DNA from: Eledone cirrhosa | Lineage: Eukaryota | Length of the DNA: 64,000 nt | Reading direction: 5' to 3' | NCBI GenBank assembly: GCA_964016885.1 | Contig: OZ024742.1 | Span: 214,706,001 to 214,770,000 of the forward strand | Part shown: one piece after another, positions 40,201 through 52,649 of the stretch | How the letters are laid out: every line of letters begins with the position of its first letter | Numbering within the stretch: position 1 is the first letter of the stretch | Position numbers and translations under genes: made by a program | The notes under the pieces: generated by a model | Database searches by the model: none | Told to the model about the DNA's origin: nothing | What the model saw: the letters and a program-made list of their open reading frames with translations, nothing else

Positions 40201-42058
40201 GTGCTAGTTTGGGTGGCGATGGTGTTGGTGGTGTTGCTGCTGTAAGTCTCTTTGCAGTAGCATTTACCCTTTTTTCATTTCTTTCCTCCCTTTTCGAAGG
40301 CGACGATGCGCTGCTTCTGCGTTTGTGCCTTCTTGCGACCTTTTGCCATCCCTCTCCCACCTCACACTCCATGTCCGATTCTGTGAGGTCGGGGAGGGGT
40401 ACCAGGTCCACTCTTTCACTTGTTGTTGTTGGTGATGTTTTCAGTGGAGTCTCTGTTGCAGCTGCAGTTGCTATTGCTGTTGTTGTTGTTAATACTTCCA
40501 CTGCTGCTGCTGTTCTTGATTTCCGTGGCGTGGGTATGGGTGCCACGGACCTATCGTTCCTGGTTGCCGCTTGTCCTGTTGCTGGTAGTAGTGGAGCCGG
40601 TTTCGGAAGGAGGGGGGTCTTCTCCTTTCAAAGGGTCTTCTCGTTGCAGAAGGCCCTGAGGTGAGACTTCGATCCACAGCGAAAGCATTTCGGGCGTTTG
40701 CCCTCAACACTTATGGGCAGTTGAGTGCCGTTATCGAAGTCTATCACATCCGGGATAGCTTCGATGCACTCCTGGTTGGTTTGGATTAACATCTCAATGG
40801 AGGTGCCGACCCAATCTTCTCGTACTTTTTCTGTACTTGCAGTACAGTTGTTTTGTCCTCGATTCCGACGAGGACAGACGCGGCCAGCCAAGAAGGGGCC
40901 ATCCCGGGGGAGACGTGGGTCAGTTTGACCCTCACAATTTTTTGCCCGCAGTAGAAGGGCACCAACACCATTTCCTCGCTCCTTAGGGTCACTAAGGATT
41001 GAGACTTTGCCTCTTGGGGTGTGGAAAAACGCACGTCTACGGTGGCTTATTTCTTCCCTCGGGTGATATGCGTTTTCCGCTCCCACACAGACCCTAAGGC
41101 TTTTTGTATTTGAGCCTCTGTGGATCTTTCAACCCTACGGGATTTTGTACTTACTGTACGGTACGTGACCGTACAGTGCTGTTGGGTTTCGAAAAATTGT
41201 TCGTCTGCCTTGCAGATTGCTCGGTGTCCGGTTTTCCTCACCATCTTCTTCGCTGCCTGTAATTGCTCATTTGTTATGAGGATGGTTTCCAGGTTCTTTG
41301 CGATACCTGCAAATGAGATTGGTTTTTCTTTGCTGTTGTTGTTGTTGTTATCGTCAGAGCTGCTGTTACTTTTGTTGTTGCTGCAGGTACTACGACTAGT
41401 GCCGACGCAGCTGTTGCTGTGGTTGTTGTTGTTGTTGTTGTTGCTGCTGTAGTTGTTGTTGCTGTTGCTGCTAATGCTGTTGTTGTTTATGCTGCTGCTG
41501 ATGCTGTTTCGGCTGCTACTGTTGTTTTCCTTGTCACTGTTGCTGCTGCTGCTGTTATTACGGCTGCTACTGCTATTATTCATGACCTCAGACGAATGAA
41601 ATGGGTTTTCGTATTTACCGCACACCTTTTTCGTCATTGTCCTCGTCGTGGAGAAATGTTCCATGATTTTCACGTGATTTTTCTTAACTGGCGTCGCTTG
41701 CGAAAGAGAAGGGAGGGAGAGAGAGACACATTTAGAGAAGGGAGGGAGAGAGACAATCTTCTCTCTGCTGTAGTGACGATTGAGGAAGAAGAAGACGGAA
41801 TGAGTGGGAGAGACCTATGAAAATTCTTTTTCATGGCCATGTTTTGTTTTTTTTGTTTAAAATAAATATTGGGCACAAAACCCCAATAAGCAGTTATTTA
41901 ACCCCGAAGGGCCAAATAACGGGCAGAAAGATCCCGCTCACGAAGAGGAGGGTGTTTTTGTCTACAATTTGGTTAAGGTTTCAAACAATTTACAATTGTT
42001 ATAGAGGTCAAAATTTACAATACCTTACAGAGCCGAGCCTCCGTCAACCATGGCATTC
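37223..42058 (-). mobile_element. Tx1/L1-clade copy 2, both ends present, APE domain deleted
   Basis: 5' UTR from 42058, ORF1 with CFRCGSKSHLRAFC, RT LDQQKGFDRVDH, SVRQGCPLS, AYADD; (ATT)n on both flanks. Confidence 0.88.
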
Positions 42059-42092
<34 letters not shown>

Positions 42093-42120
42093 TTAATAAT
42101 AATAATAATAATAATAATAA

Positions 42121-45100
42121 AACGAGGTAAATCGTAACACTTCGAATCCCTGGGTTGGTGGGAATTACTGGCCACAGAACAAATTAAAGAAATTCTCGAA
42201 AAAGTGGAGGGAGTGCATGCTCAAGATGAAACTCCAAATGAAAATAATGAGATCGTAAATGATAAAGAAATGAATGAGAATGAACTTGCCAACTTGAAGG
42301 ATGAAATTATGATCGAATGGATGAAAATGAAAGAATCTAACATGGGGCAACGAGACACCCTCCCTAAGATCCAGAACTCCAAACAGAACCAAAAGACTAA
42401 CACAATTCTCCAAAAAAATATCATCACAAACAAACTAAACATTACTGATTTAAATCATCTCTATTATGCATCGGCTAAAGTCACCACTCACTTATGTGGA
42501 GTGAAGATGAAAAAACAAAGGAATTCCCACAAGAAATCTACTTGGCAAGAGAACATCAATCGCCAAATAAACCTTATCCGATCTGACATAGACATTTTAA
42601 AAAACTATAAAGTAGGTGAACATGTTAAACAAACTAAACTTAGAAAATTGAAAAGAAAGTACAGTATAAAATCAACAAGTGACATAGACATGCTGATAGA
42701 AACAATCAAGCAAAAAGTGTCGGCCAAAGCTGCTCGTATAAGGCGCTTTGAAAAACGATCTAGATTCTATAAGGACAATAATATGTTCAAAACCAACCAA
42801 AGAAACTTCTACAGAAAAATTGGTAAGTCAACTATAACTGCTAAATCAATACCACCCAAGGAGGAAGTGCAAGAATTCTAGGAAAAGATCTGGGCCGAAG
42901 AAAAAGTTCATAATATACATGCCCCATGGATAGACAGACAAATGAAAGATACAGCTCACCTTGAGGAACAAATATGGGAAAATATAACAGTCGAACAGTT
43001 GCGTTTGGCTCTAAGAAAAACCAGCAAATAGAAAACCCCAGGAAAAGACAAAATACAAAATGTTTGGATAAATACCTTCACAGAGTCTCATGAGCTGTTA
43101 ACCCAACTTTACAATGAAATAGTTAAGGAGCCAGTAAAGATACCATCATGGCTAGTTAACGGCATTACATTCTTGCTTCCGAAGAATGATGAGACAAACA
43201 ATCCCAAAGAACGGAATTGAATGCAAGGAATAGGATTGATGCCATAAAAACGCTTGCCATACCAGTAGTAACCTACAGTTACAATGCCATCAACTGGTCA
43301 AGCACACAGATCCGTAGGCGCGATACAAAAATTCGAAAATTCTTAACCATGCACAGAATGCATCACCCTAAGGCAGATATAGATAGAATATATCTCCCTA
43401 GGAAAAAGGAGGACGGGGGTTAATCCAGTTAGACATTGCGTTGAAAACTGCAACAATTGGATTATCTACATATCTAAGGGAATCACATGATTGGATGATC
43501 AAACTCGTTTTGAAACACGAAAGCATCAAAAGATCATATTCCATTACAAAAGATGCACAAAGATACAGTAATGGACTACAAATTTCAGAAGTCCCATTTA
43601 CTGCTGAAATGGAAAACACAGAAAAAGCAAAGCAGGTAAAAGTAACTGCAAAGAAAGAACTGCAACAGAAACTGGCTAAGAAATGGCAAGAAAAGCCTCT
43701 GAAAGGATCGAAAAAGTGCAGGGAGTGCATGCTCAAGATGAAACTCCAAATGAAAACAATGGGATCGTAAATGATAAAGAAATGAATGAGAATGAACTTG
43801 CCAACTTGAAGAATGAAATTATGATCGAATGGATGAAAATAAAAGAATCTGACATGGGGGAACGAGACACCTTCCCTAAGATCCAGAACTCCAAACAGAA
43901 CCAATAGATAATACACAAAACTAACATAATTCTCAAAATCATTATCATCACAAACAAACTACACATTACTGATTTAAATCATCTCTATTATGCATCGGCT
44001 AAAGTCACCACTCACTTATGTGGAGTGAAGATGAAAACACAAAGGAATCCCCACAAGAAATCTACTTGGCAAGAGAACATCAACCGCCAAATAATCCTTA
44101 TCCGATCTGACATAGAAATTTAAAAAAACTATAAAGTAGGTGAACATGTTAAACAAACTAAACTTAGAAAATTGAAAAGAAATTACAGTATAAAACCAAC
44201 AAGTGATATAGGCATGCTGATAGAAATAATCAAGCAAAAAGTGTCGACCAAAGCTGCTCGTATAAGGCGCTTTGAAAAACGATCTAGATTGTATAAGGAC
44301 AATAATATGTTCAAAACCAACCAAAGAAACTTCTACAGAAAAATTGGTAAGTCAACAATAACTGCTAAATCAATACCACACAAGGAGGAAGTGCAAGAAT
44401 TCTGGGAAAAGATCTGGGCCGAAGAAAAAGTTCATAATATACATGCCCCATGGAAAGACAGACAAATGAAAGATACAGCTCACCTTGAGGAACAAATATG
44501 GGAAAATATAACAGTCGAACAGTTGCGTTTGGCTCTAAGAAAAACCAGCAAATAGAAAACCCCAGGAAAAGACAAAATACAAAATTTTTGGATAAATGCC
44601 TTCACAGAGTCTCATGAGCTGTTAACCCAACTTTACAATGAAATAGTTAAGGAGCCAGTAAAGATACCATCATGGCTAGTTAACGGCATTACATTCTTGC
44701 TTCCGAAGAATGATGAGACAAACAATCCCAAACATTACAGACCGATAACTTGCTTGACCACAATGTATAACATTTTAACATCAGTCCTAACTGAATATAC
44801 ATATGACCACCTGATAACAAATGACCTATTTCCCATTGAGCAGAAAGGGTGTAAACGAGGCTCATATGGCTGTAAGGATCAGCTTTTGGTTAACAAAATG
44901 ATACTGGAAGATTGTCATAATAGACACAAAAATCTATCAATTGCTTGGATAGATTATAAAAAAGCATTCGATAGTCTGCCACACAGTTGGATTGAAAAAT
45001 GTTTAGAGATTTTCAAAATATCTCCCGTTGTCAGGAGGTTTTTGTCATTCAGTATGAAGACATGGAAAAAGACACTCCTTTTGAATAGTGAAAAAAATCA

Positions 45101-46427
45101 CTGGAAGCTGGAGAAGATAATATTAATTGTGGAATTTTTCAGGGTGACTCATTATCACCGCTTTTATTCTGAAAATTCTTAACCATGCACAGAATGCATC
45201 GCCCTAAGACAGATACAGATAGAATATATCTCCCTAGGAAAGAAGGAGGACGTGGGTTAATCCAGTTAGACATTGCGTTGAAAACTGCAACAATTGGATT
45301 ATCTACATATCTAAGGAAATCACATGATTGGATGATCAAACTCGTTTTGAAACACGAAAGTATCAAAAGATCATACTCCATTACAAAAGATGCACAAAGA
45401 TACTGTAATGGACTACACATTTCAGAAGTCCCATTTACTGCTGAAATTGAAAACACAGAAAAAGCAAAGCAGGTAAAAGTAACTGCAAAGAAAGAACTGC
45501 TACAGAAACTGGCTAAGAAATGGCAAGAAAATCCTCTGTATGGAAAATACCCAGAACGAGTAACAATCCTGATGTTGACAACACTTTAACCCATCAGTGG
45601 TTGGAATCCTCTGGACTGAAATCGGAGACTGAAGGACTGATTATATCAGCACAAGATCAGTGTCTGCCAACAAAAAATTACCAAGTCAACATAATAAAAG
45701 ATGGATGCAGCCCATTATGCCGTGTATGCAAAAAACAACCAGAGACCATTGACCATATAATTTCAATGTGCAGTCCTATAGCTCCAACCGAATACCTAAA
45801 CAGGCATGACAGAGCTGCACAAATCATACATTGGATAATGTGTAAGCATATTGACCTGCCCCATCAAAAGAATTGGTGGGAGCATCAACCACCTTCCATA
45901 CTTGAAAAAGATCACATCTCAATCTTGTGGAACTTTAGCATCCAAACAGACCGAAAAATAGATGCAAATAGACCTGATATAGTATTGAAGGACTTTAAAA
46001 AGAGGGTATGCCTGCTAATTGATATGTCCGTTCCAATAGACAAGAATGTATCTATAAAAACATTTGAAACATTGAGCAAGTATAAGGACCTGGTGATAGA
46101 AATTGGAAAAATATGGAAATTGAGAACTAAAACAATACCAGTGGTTGTAGGCGCTCTGGGAATGATACGTAAAGGGTCTAATGATTACTTATCGCAAATC
46201 CCAGGAAACCCGCGTATAGGAGAAATACAAAAGATAGTACTAATGGCAACTGCCCATATACTAAGGAAGATTCTGTCAATATAAGTACATCACAAGTCTA
46301 AACACTAAAGATGCATGTGTGAGTATGTATGTTCTTTCTTGAACATGGCGGACCTTGTTGTCTATTGAGGTCACTGGTTGTGGCTTGGTGATAACTCGTA
46401 TGAACATAAAGCAAGATAAATGCAGCT

Positions 46428-46428
<1 letters not shown>
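42121..46428 (+). mobile_element. R4/Dong-clade element family 2 with internal tandem duplication and RT deletions
   Basis: YRPITCL, EQKGC, WIDYKKAFDS, GIFQGDSLSP, CRVC...H...C, RPD, DMSVP, GALG; (AAT)n at 42059-42120 and 46429-46501. Confidence 0.9.
45520..46284 (+). pseudogene. R4/Dong CCHC zinc finger + RLE endonuclease domain (open frame)
   Basis: CRVCKKQPETIDHIISMC, RHD, NRPDIV, IDMSVP, KYKDL. Confidence 0.88.
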
Positions 46429-46501
<73 letters not shown>

Positions 46502-48520
46502 TATAGGAACTGAAGCAACGCATTGTACATAGAGGAACTGAAGCAACGCATTGTAGCAAATATCAGGCGATACGAGAACAGAGTCAGTCAGTATAAACAG
46601 AACCGCATGTTCGACAACAACCAGAAGATGCTGTTTGGACAGCTTGAGGGGAAAGAAAGAGGCAACGACTTGATCCCTGGGGCGGAACAAACTAAAACAT
46701 TCTGGAGAGGAATATGGGAGCAGGATGTTATACATAATGAACAGGCAGGGTGGATTGAGACAGTACAGAGGGAGATCGCTGAGCAGGCACACCAAGAAAC
46801 TGATTTGAGTATCACAGTTGAAACTCTTAAGGGGCAGGCCAAAAAGCTAACCAACTGGAAATCACCAGGCCCAGATGGTGTGCAGGGGTATTGGATTAAA
46901 AATTTAACATCCCTCCACCCGAAACTGACAACCATGTTCAATGACTGCTTGATGTCCGGTGAGGTACCAGAGTGGTTGACAAAAGGTACCACAATTCTGA
47001 TAATGAAAGACCGAATCAAGGGTAATGATGTTACCAACTATAGACCTATCACATGTCTGTCCGTAATGTGGAAACTGGTGACGAGCATTGTGTCTGAGGA
47101 AATCTACCATCACCTCCACACAAACAACTTGTTACCGGACGAACAGAAAGGATGCCGAAAGAAGTCACGTGGTACAAAGGACCAGTTACTTATCGATAAG
47201 ATGGTAATGGGGAATTGCAGGAGGAGACACACTGATTTTGCCATGGGATGGATACACTACAGAAAGGCATTTGACATGGTGCCTCATTCTTGGATCACCA
47301 AAAGCCTGGAGATCTTCAAGGTGGCAGATAACATCAGACAGTTGCTGGGCAGGAGTATGAGGTCCTGGGAAACAGAGTTGACATCAACTGGAGAATCCTT
47401 GGGAAGCGTGAGGATCAAGAGAGGTATCTTCAAGGGAGCTGGCCTGTCCTCTCTGTTGTTTGTCCTTGCCCTGATGCCCCTGGCCATTATGCTGCGAAAA
47501 GTGAGAGCAGGATACAAGTTGGGAAAGGGAGAGCTTACCATCAATCACCTCCTCTTCATGGACGATCTTAAGCTCTTCGGGAAGAGTGAGGAGTTGGATG
47601 TGCTTGTTGACACTGTCCGTATTTTCAGCAGTGATATATGTATGCAGTTTGGTATTAGTAAGTGTGGAGTCATTGTGATGAGGAGGGGTAGGTTGAGCAG
47701 AAGTAACGGAATTCAGATACCAACAGGTGAGATGATAAAGGAAATTGACTCTGAGGAAGGATACAAGTATTTGGGCGTTCTGGAGGCTGATGGCATAAAA
47801 AACAAAAAAATGAAGGAATTGTTAAGAACTGAATACATTCGGAGAATAAGGAGCGTATTGAAGTCACATCTGAACAGCAGAAATGCCAAAAGCGCAGTAA
47901 ATTCCCGAGCTGTGTCTATTATTAGGTACAGTGCGGGAATTCTGAGATGGAATGTTGCTGAACAAAAAGAAATGGATAGGAAGACTAGGAAGCTATTGTC
48001 TATCTACAACATGTTCCACTAGAGGAGTGATGTCGATAGACACTACCTAAGGAGATCTGAGGGTGGAAGAGGTCTTATCAGCATAGAGGACTGTGTTCAG
48101 ATGGAGAAAAACAACCTACACAAATACGTGACCGATAGTAAGGAGCCAATGGTCAGAACTGTACTGAAGGAGGGGACAATAGGCCAGGGATGTCCAAGGA
48201 GGAAATAACATCAAGGAGAAAGAGCAGCCTTCAGGGAAAATCCCTTCATAGTACCTTCTTTGAGAAAACTGAATTTAGAGATCCACAGACATGGAACTGG
48301 TTGAGAAGAGGAGACCTCAAAACGGCTACAGAAGGAATGTTAATGGCTGCGCAGGAGCTGGCCCTCAAAACGAAGTGGTTGAAACACCATATTTACAAGG
48401 AGGAGGCTAGCCCACTGTGCAGGATCTGTGGAGAGAGAGAGGAGACTGTGGCTCACATTGTATCCGAGTGTAAACACCTAGTCCAGACCCACTATAAGGG
48501 CTGGAGACATGATGTGATGA
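46502..48520 (+). mobile_element. R4/Dong-clade family 1 copy, 5'- and 3'-truncated
   Basis: 47740-48520 is highly similar to 35849-36622; duplicated aggaactgaagcaacgcattgta at the 5' junction. Confidence 0.9.
46523..48022 (+). pseudogene. R4/Dong reverse transcriptase, 499-aa open frame
   Basis: WKSPGPDG, YRPITCL, EQKGC, KAFDMVPH, HLLFMDDLKL, YKYLG; QGD altered to KGA. Confidence 0.88.
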
Positions 48521-48539
48521 CATTTTGATTAAGATATCT

Positions 48540-48935
48540 ACACAACACTCTCTCCCATTTCTCCAACCATTTCTCTGAAACGGTATCTGGGGAGGGGCTT
48601 ATTGTAATAGTAGGCTGAATCTCAGTTTATGTCCTCGTTGGCTAATTGGCGAGAGATACAGAAGAAAATGTTTTAACTATTATTTTTGTAATATTACTAG
48701 TGTGGTTAGTGTGGATGCTAATGTATATTAGGTTTCTGGAAGTCATAGTAGAGGGAAATATCAAAATCTAAAATAAATCGAGGAAGTGTATCCCAGTCCA
48801 TTTGGTTTCAATGGTAACTTTGAGGCGTGAGATAATAAAAAGAGGATTGACATTCTTTCTACCTATGCGGTGGTTGGGGAGGTCACCATATGTAGTGAGA
48901 ATAGGCCATGATGAATGTACAGTAGACGCTACTCC
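48540..48935 (-). mobile_element. Decayed Penelope-like RT fragment
   Basis: LKVTIETKWTGIHFLD ... LIYISIHTNHTSNITKII, resembling the 15.7-15.9 kb motifs. Confidence 0.5.
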
Positions 48936-48964
48936 TTGTGAACAGGGCTTTAATTCGTTCAATA

Positions 48965-48991
48965 TCTTCATCTTCAACATCATCACGATCA

Positions 48992-49022
<31 letters not shown>

Positions 49023-49030
49023 CATAATCG

Positions 49031-49061
<31 letters not shown>

Positions 49062-49148
49062 CTTCTTCTTCTTCTTCTTCTTCTTCTTCTTCTTCTTCTT
49101 CTTCTTCTTCTTCGTCTTCTTCGTCTTCTTCTTCTTCTTCTTCTTCTC
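48965..49148. repeat. (ATC)n/(TTC)n microsatellites
   Basis: Direct reading. Confidence 0.95.
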
Positions 49149-49917
49149 TAAAGAAATATATAACCACCGAACTTGACTAATGTTATGTGAAAATCCAGAT
49201 GATGTTATCCGAATTAAACAGCTCTAACTATGCAGAAGAATTTTAATTAAGCATACAGTGTATTGCAAAATACACTATATATACATTCATATATATATAT
49301 ATCGCTATTTCAGAGCACCAATTCTAATTTTAAATTTCTGCTGGGCCGGCGACCACTCTGTATAATCAATTCCTGATTATTACTGGAATTTCTATAAGAA
49401 TCCATCACACATAATTTTCAGCAAACAGGAGGAGTAGTGAGCTATTTCAGAGCCCCAATTCTAATTTTTAATATATATATATATGTATTTGTGTGTGTGT
49501 GAGAGTGTCTACGGTGCGAAGACTACTATTGCCTGTATATTTAGATACAAACATTTACGGAAATATAGATAGATGTTCAATCGCAAAGAGGGATCACTAG
49601 AGGGATAGATGTGCAGACCGTCAGATACGTAGGTAGATAATCGGACAAATGAGAAAGAATATATAGGCACAAGTATGGATAGGTGACAGAGAGATAATTT
49701 TCATAGATACGGTAGATTAGAAATGCAGATAGATTAGCAGAGAGAGACAAGAAATGTGGTATGGTAGACTTGTGGATGGTTGAACTGAGAGATAGATTGT
49801 CTGGCAGTCATATGTTAGGATATTGACCGGAGAAGTGGGTAGTGAGTGTATAAAGGATTTTCACTATATCAATTCTGAGAATGCGGAGTATACTCAAAGG
49901 TGAACATTAGCTGATGT

Positions 49918-50003
<86 letters not shown>

Positions 50004-50025
50004 GCACACACACACACGCACACGC

Positions 50026-50082
<57 letters not shown>
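49918..50082. repeat. (CA)n microsatellite
   Basis: Direct reading. Confidence 0.95.
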
Positions 50083-50086
<4 letters not shown>

Positions 50087-50215
50087 GAAGTTCTATTTAA
50101 ATTGTTGGGATACAACAAGCAAATATTTTTATAACTGATATAAAGCACTCAACAAATTATTGGAGTAAAAATACGATATATTAACAAATGGAAACTATAT
50201 TTATAAAACCATATT

Positions 50216-50280
50216 TATTCCATTATACATATTGCAACGACACCAAGTTAAATTATGGTGTGCTTTCATCAGATAAAATA
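50216..50280 (-). ncRNA. Family C HHR, GAAA mutated to GCAA
   Basis: Mirror copy of 50518-50582. Confidence 0.6.
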
Positions 50281-50517
50281 TAATATAGATCAGTTTTACA
50301 AATAAATATTGACATACCCTTAAATAATGCGACCATTTCTGTTGGAAGCTCCCGGATAGTGGGGGTTATAAATTTATTTATACTATTATTTTCAACCGAC
50401 ACTAATTTGCATAATAGTATAAATAAATTTATAACCCCACTATCCGGGAGTTCCAACAGAAATGGTCGCATTCTTTAAGGGTATGTCAATATTTATTTGT
50501 AAAACTGATCTATATTA

Positions 50518-50582
50518 TATTTTATCTGATGAAAGCACACCATAATTTAACTTGGTGTCCTTGAAATATGTATAATGAAATA
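50518..50582 (+). ncRNA. Type I hammerhead ribozyme, family C, intact core
   Basis: tattttat CTGATGA aag c acacca [10-nt loop] tggtgt c ctt GAAA t atgt ATA atgaaata; 8-bp stem I. Confidence 0.8.
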
Positions 50583-50924
50583 AATATGGTTTTATAAATA
50601 TAGTTTCCATTTGTTAATATATCGTATATATATATATATTTATTAAAATAACAGATTAAAGTTTAAGCAAAGAATCGCTGGTTTCACCCTTAACAGGATC
50701 TTCTGAAACTAACAAAGTCAATCTGTAAACGTAGAAGTGAATATTTCAAAAAAACGTTGCAACCGAAGGAAGACAGGAAGACGATACTTTGGTTCGTGGA
50801 AACGTTCCCTGGCAAAGAACGGGAAAAAACGAATATAATATTTGCTCTACGGTTCTTATATATTTGATATATATTTATCCTTATCGAGCCCTCTTTGGAT
50901 TTTAGTCTTCGAATTTATTTTTAT

Positions 50925-50956
<32 letters not shown>

Positions 50957-50962
<6 letters not shown>

Positions 50963-51140
50963 TTTTCTACTTTTGACACAAGGCCAGCGATTACCCTTGT
51001 TCATCACTGGTACTTTATTTTATCGACCTCGTAAGGATGTATGGCAATGTTAACCTCGGCGGATTTGATCTCAGAACGCAAAGCGCCATAACTATGCTGC
51101 AAAGCATAGTGTCTGACGCTCCACCGATACTGCCAAACCA
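50957..51140 (-). mobile_element. tRNA-derived Nin-domain SINE
   Basis: Matches 13231-13416. Confidence 0.8.
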
Positions 51141-51247
51141 CATATAATATATGAGGCAATATTTTGTTACGTCATAGAGCTATATGCATTTTAATTGTAT
51201 CAATTACCGATTGACGAACATGAACGGAACAATTATATATATATATA

Positions 51248-51469
51248 TTAGAAAATAGAATAGCTTTCACCGTATTTTTGACTAAAGTAATTTTAGCCTG
51301 ATAATGGGGTTTAGAACCCTCAGATAAATAGAAAAAGATGAGTATTGACGTACATGGCACATGTACGTCAATACTCATCTTTTTCCATTTATCTGAGGTT
51401 GCTAAACCCCATTATCAGGCTAAAATTCCTTTAGTCAAAAATACAGTGAAAGCTATTCTATTTTCTAAT
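51248..51469. repeat. Foldback palindrome (~110-bp arms) of a family B-related repeat
   Basis: Centre tacatg-gca-catgta; arm homologous to 17406-17530. Confidence 0.88.
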
Positions 51470-51648
51470 TTCAAACCTGCTCACTGTTTCAAAACATACT
51501 TATTTGATATATATATATATTAAATTCAAAGCGTATATATATATAAATTAGACAAAGTCACAGCTACATATATGCGTTTGGCAACCATTCACGGTGTGGC
51601 TCAATGAAGAATTAATTAAATAATTATTAATCAGAGCAATTTATAAAA

Positions 51649-51880
51649 ATATAAGTCCAAAGAATCATTAGATAAAATATATACAGTATTTCCTCACCCA
51701 ATCAGTATAAATTAACCACACAAAAAATCATTCGCGGGAAAGAATCTGTATCATTTGTCTATTATTTCTTCGTAAGTACATTTTAATTTTATAGCCTCGT
51801 TTAAATGATTTTTTGTGTGGTTAATTTATACTGATTGGGAGAGGAAATACTGTATGTATTTTATCTAATGATTCTTTGGA

Positions 51881-51887
<7 letters not shown>
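51649..51887. repeat. Inverted repeat, ~83-bp arms and ~70-bp spacer
   Basis: 51649-51732 versus 51804-51887. Confidence 0.85.
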
Positions 51888-51938
<51 letters not shown>

Positions 51939-52552
51939 TGTGTGCGTGTGTGACTGTTTGTGTGTGCGTGTGTGTTGTTTTATAGTAATAACACATACTT
52001 TCACGGGACAGTTCTGTTTGGTTTTTAATCTTTATTTTTCCCTGAGGTGCCGATTGTTCAACCGATAGAATCATAATGAATAAGTATAAAACAACAGTCA
52101 TCTTAATGGTAGATGGGTGATGGCATGTTCGAGAATGAATACTAATGCATCAGTGTTAGTTCCTTGAATATTTGCCTTTTTTTCTATTATCAATTTATAA
52201 TTAGAATTTTCCTTACTCAAAATCTATATTTTATATTTCATAACTTATTTATTTCACATATTTCATTTCATTTAAAATGTACATTGGAACTGTTTTTATA
52301 TGTTCACAAAATATTTTTCAATGACAAATTCATATAATCTACAACGTTTATTTTATGGTACTAAAGCAGAATATCTATACTCTACTACTGACATGTTTAC
52401 TATAGATAGGCAACCATGAGGATGGCTATCAAGACATCAAAGCAAGTGGTCCACCCAAGAAATTTTGTTTGTCACACCTCATACTGTAAGTCAGATAACG
52501 CATTCAATACAGTCGTTTTCTCTTCTACCTATTTTCTCTTATCAACTGTTCC

Positions 52553-52581
52553 CCCGGGCGATGCCGGGTACCTCATCTAGT
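52553..52581 (+). mobile_element. Helitron 3' terminus
   Basis: GC hairpin cccgg-gcgatg-ccggg, then 8 nt, then CTAG|T. Confidence 0.7.
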
Positions 52582-52649
52582 TTATATATAAAATAAAGAG
52601 GTCCATATTCTACTAACATATTAAGTAACTTTTGCAACTCTTCGCAACT

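Larger units (their letters stand above)
50171..50627. repeat. Foldback palindrome, ~218-bp arms and 21-nt spacer, one HHR per arm (family C)
   Basis: Arms 50171-50389 and 50411-50627 are near-perfect reverse complements. Confidence 0.92.

Noticed and set aside
48883-49167. Acidic E/D-rich ORF
   Set aside because: Translation of (TTC)n/(ATC)n microsatellites
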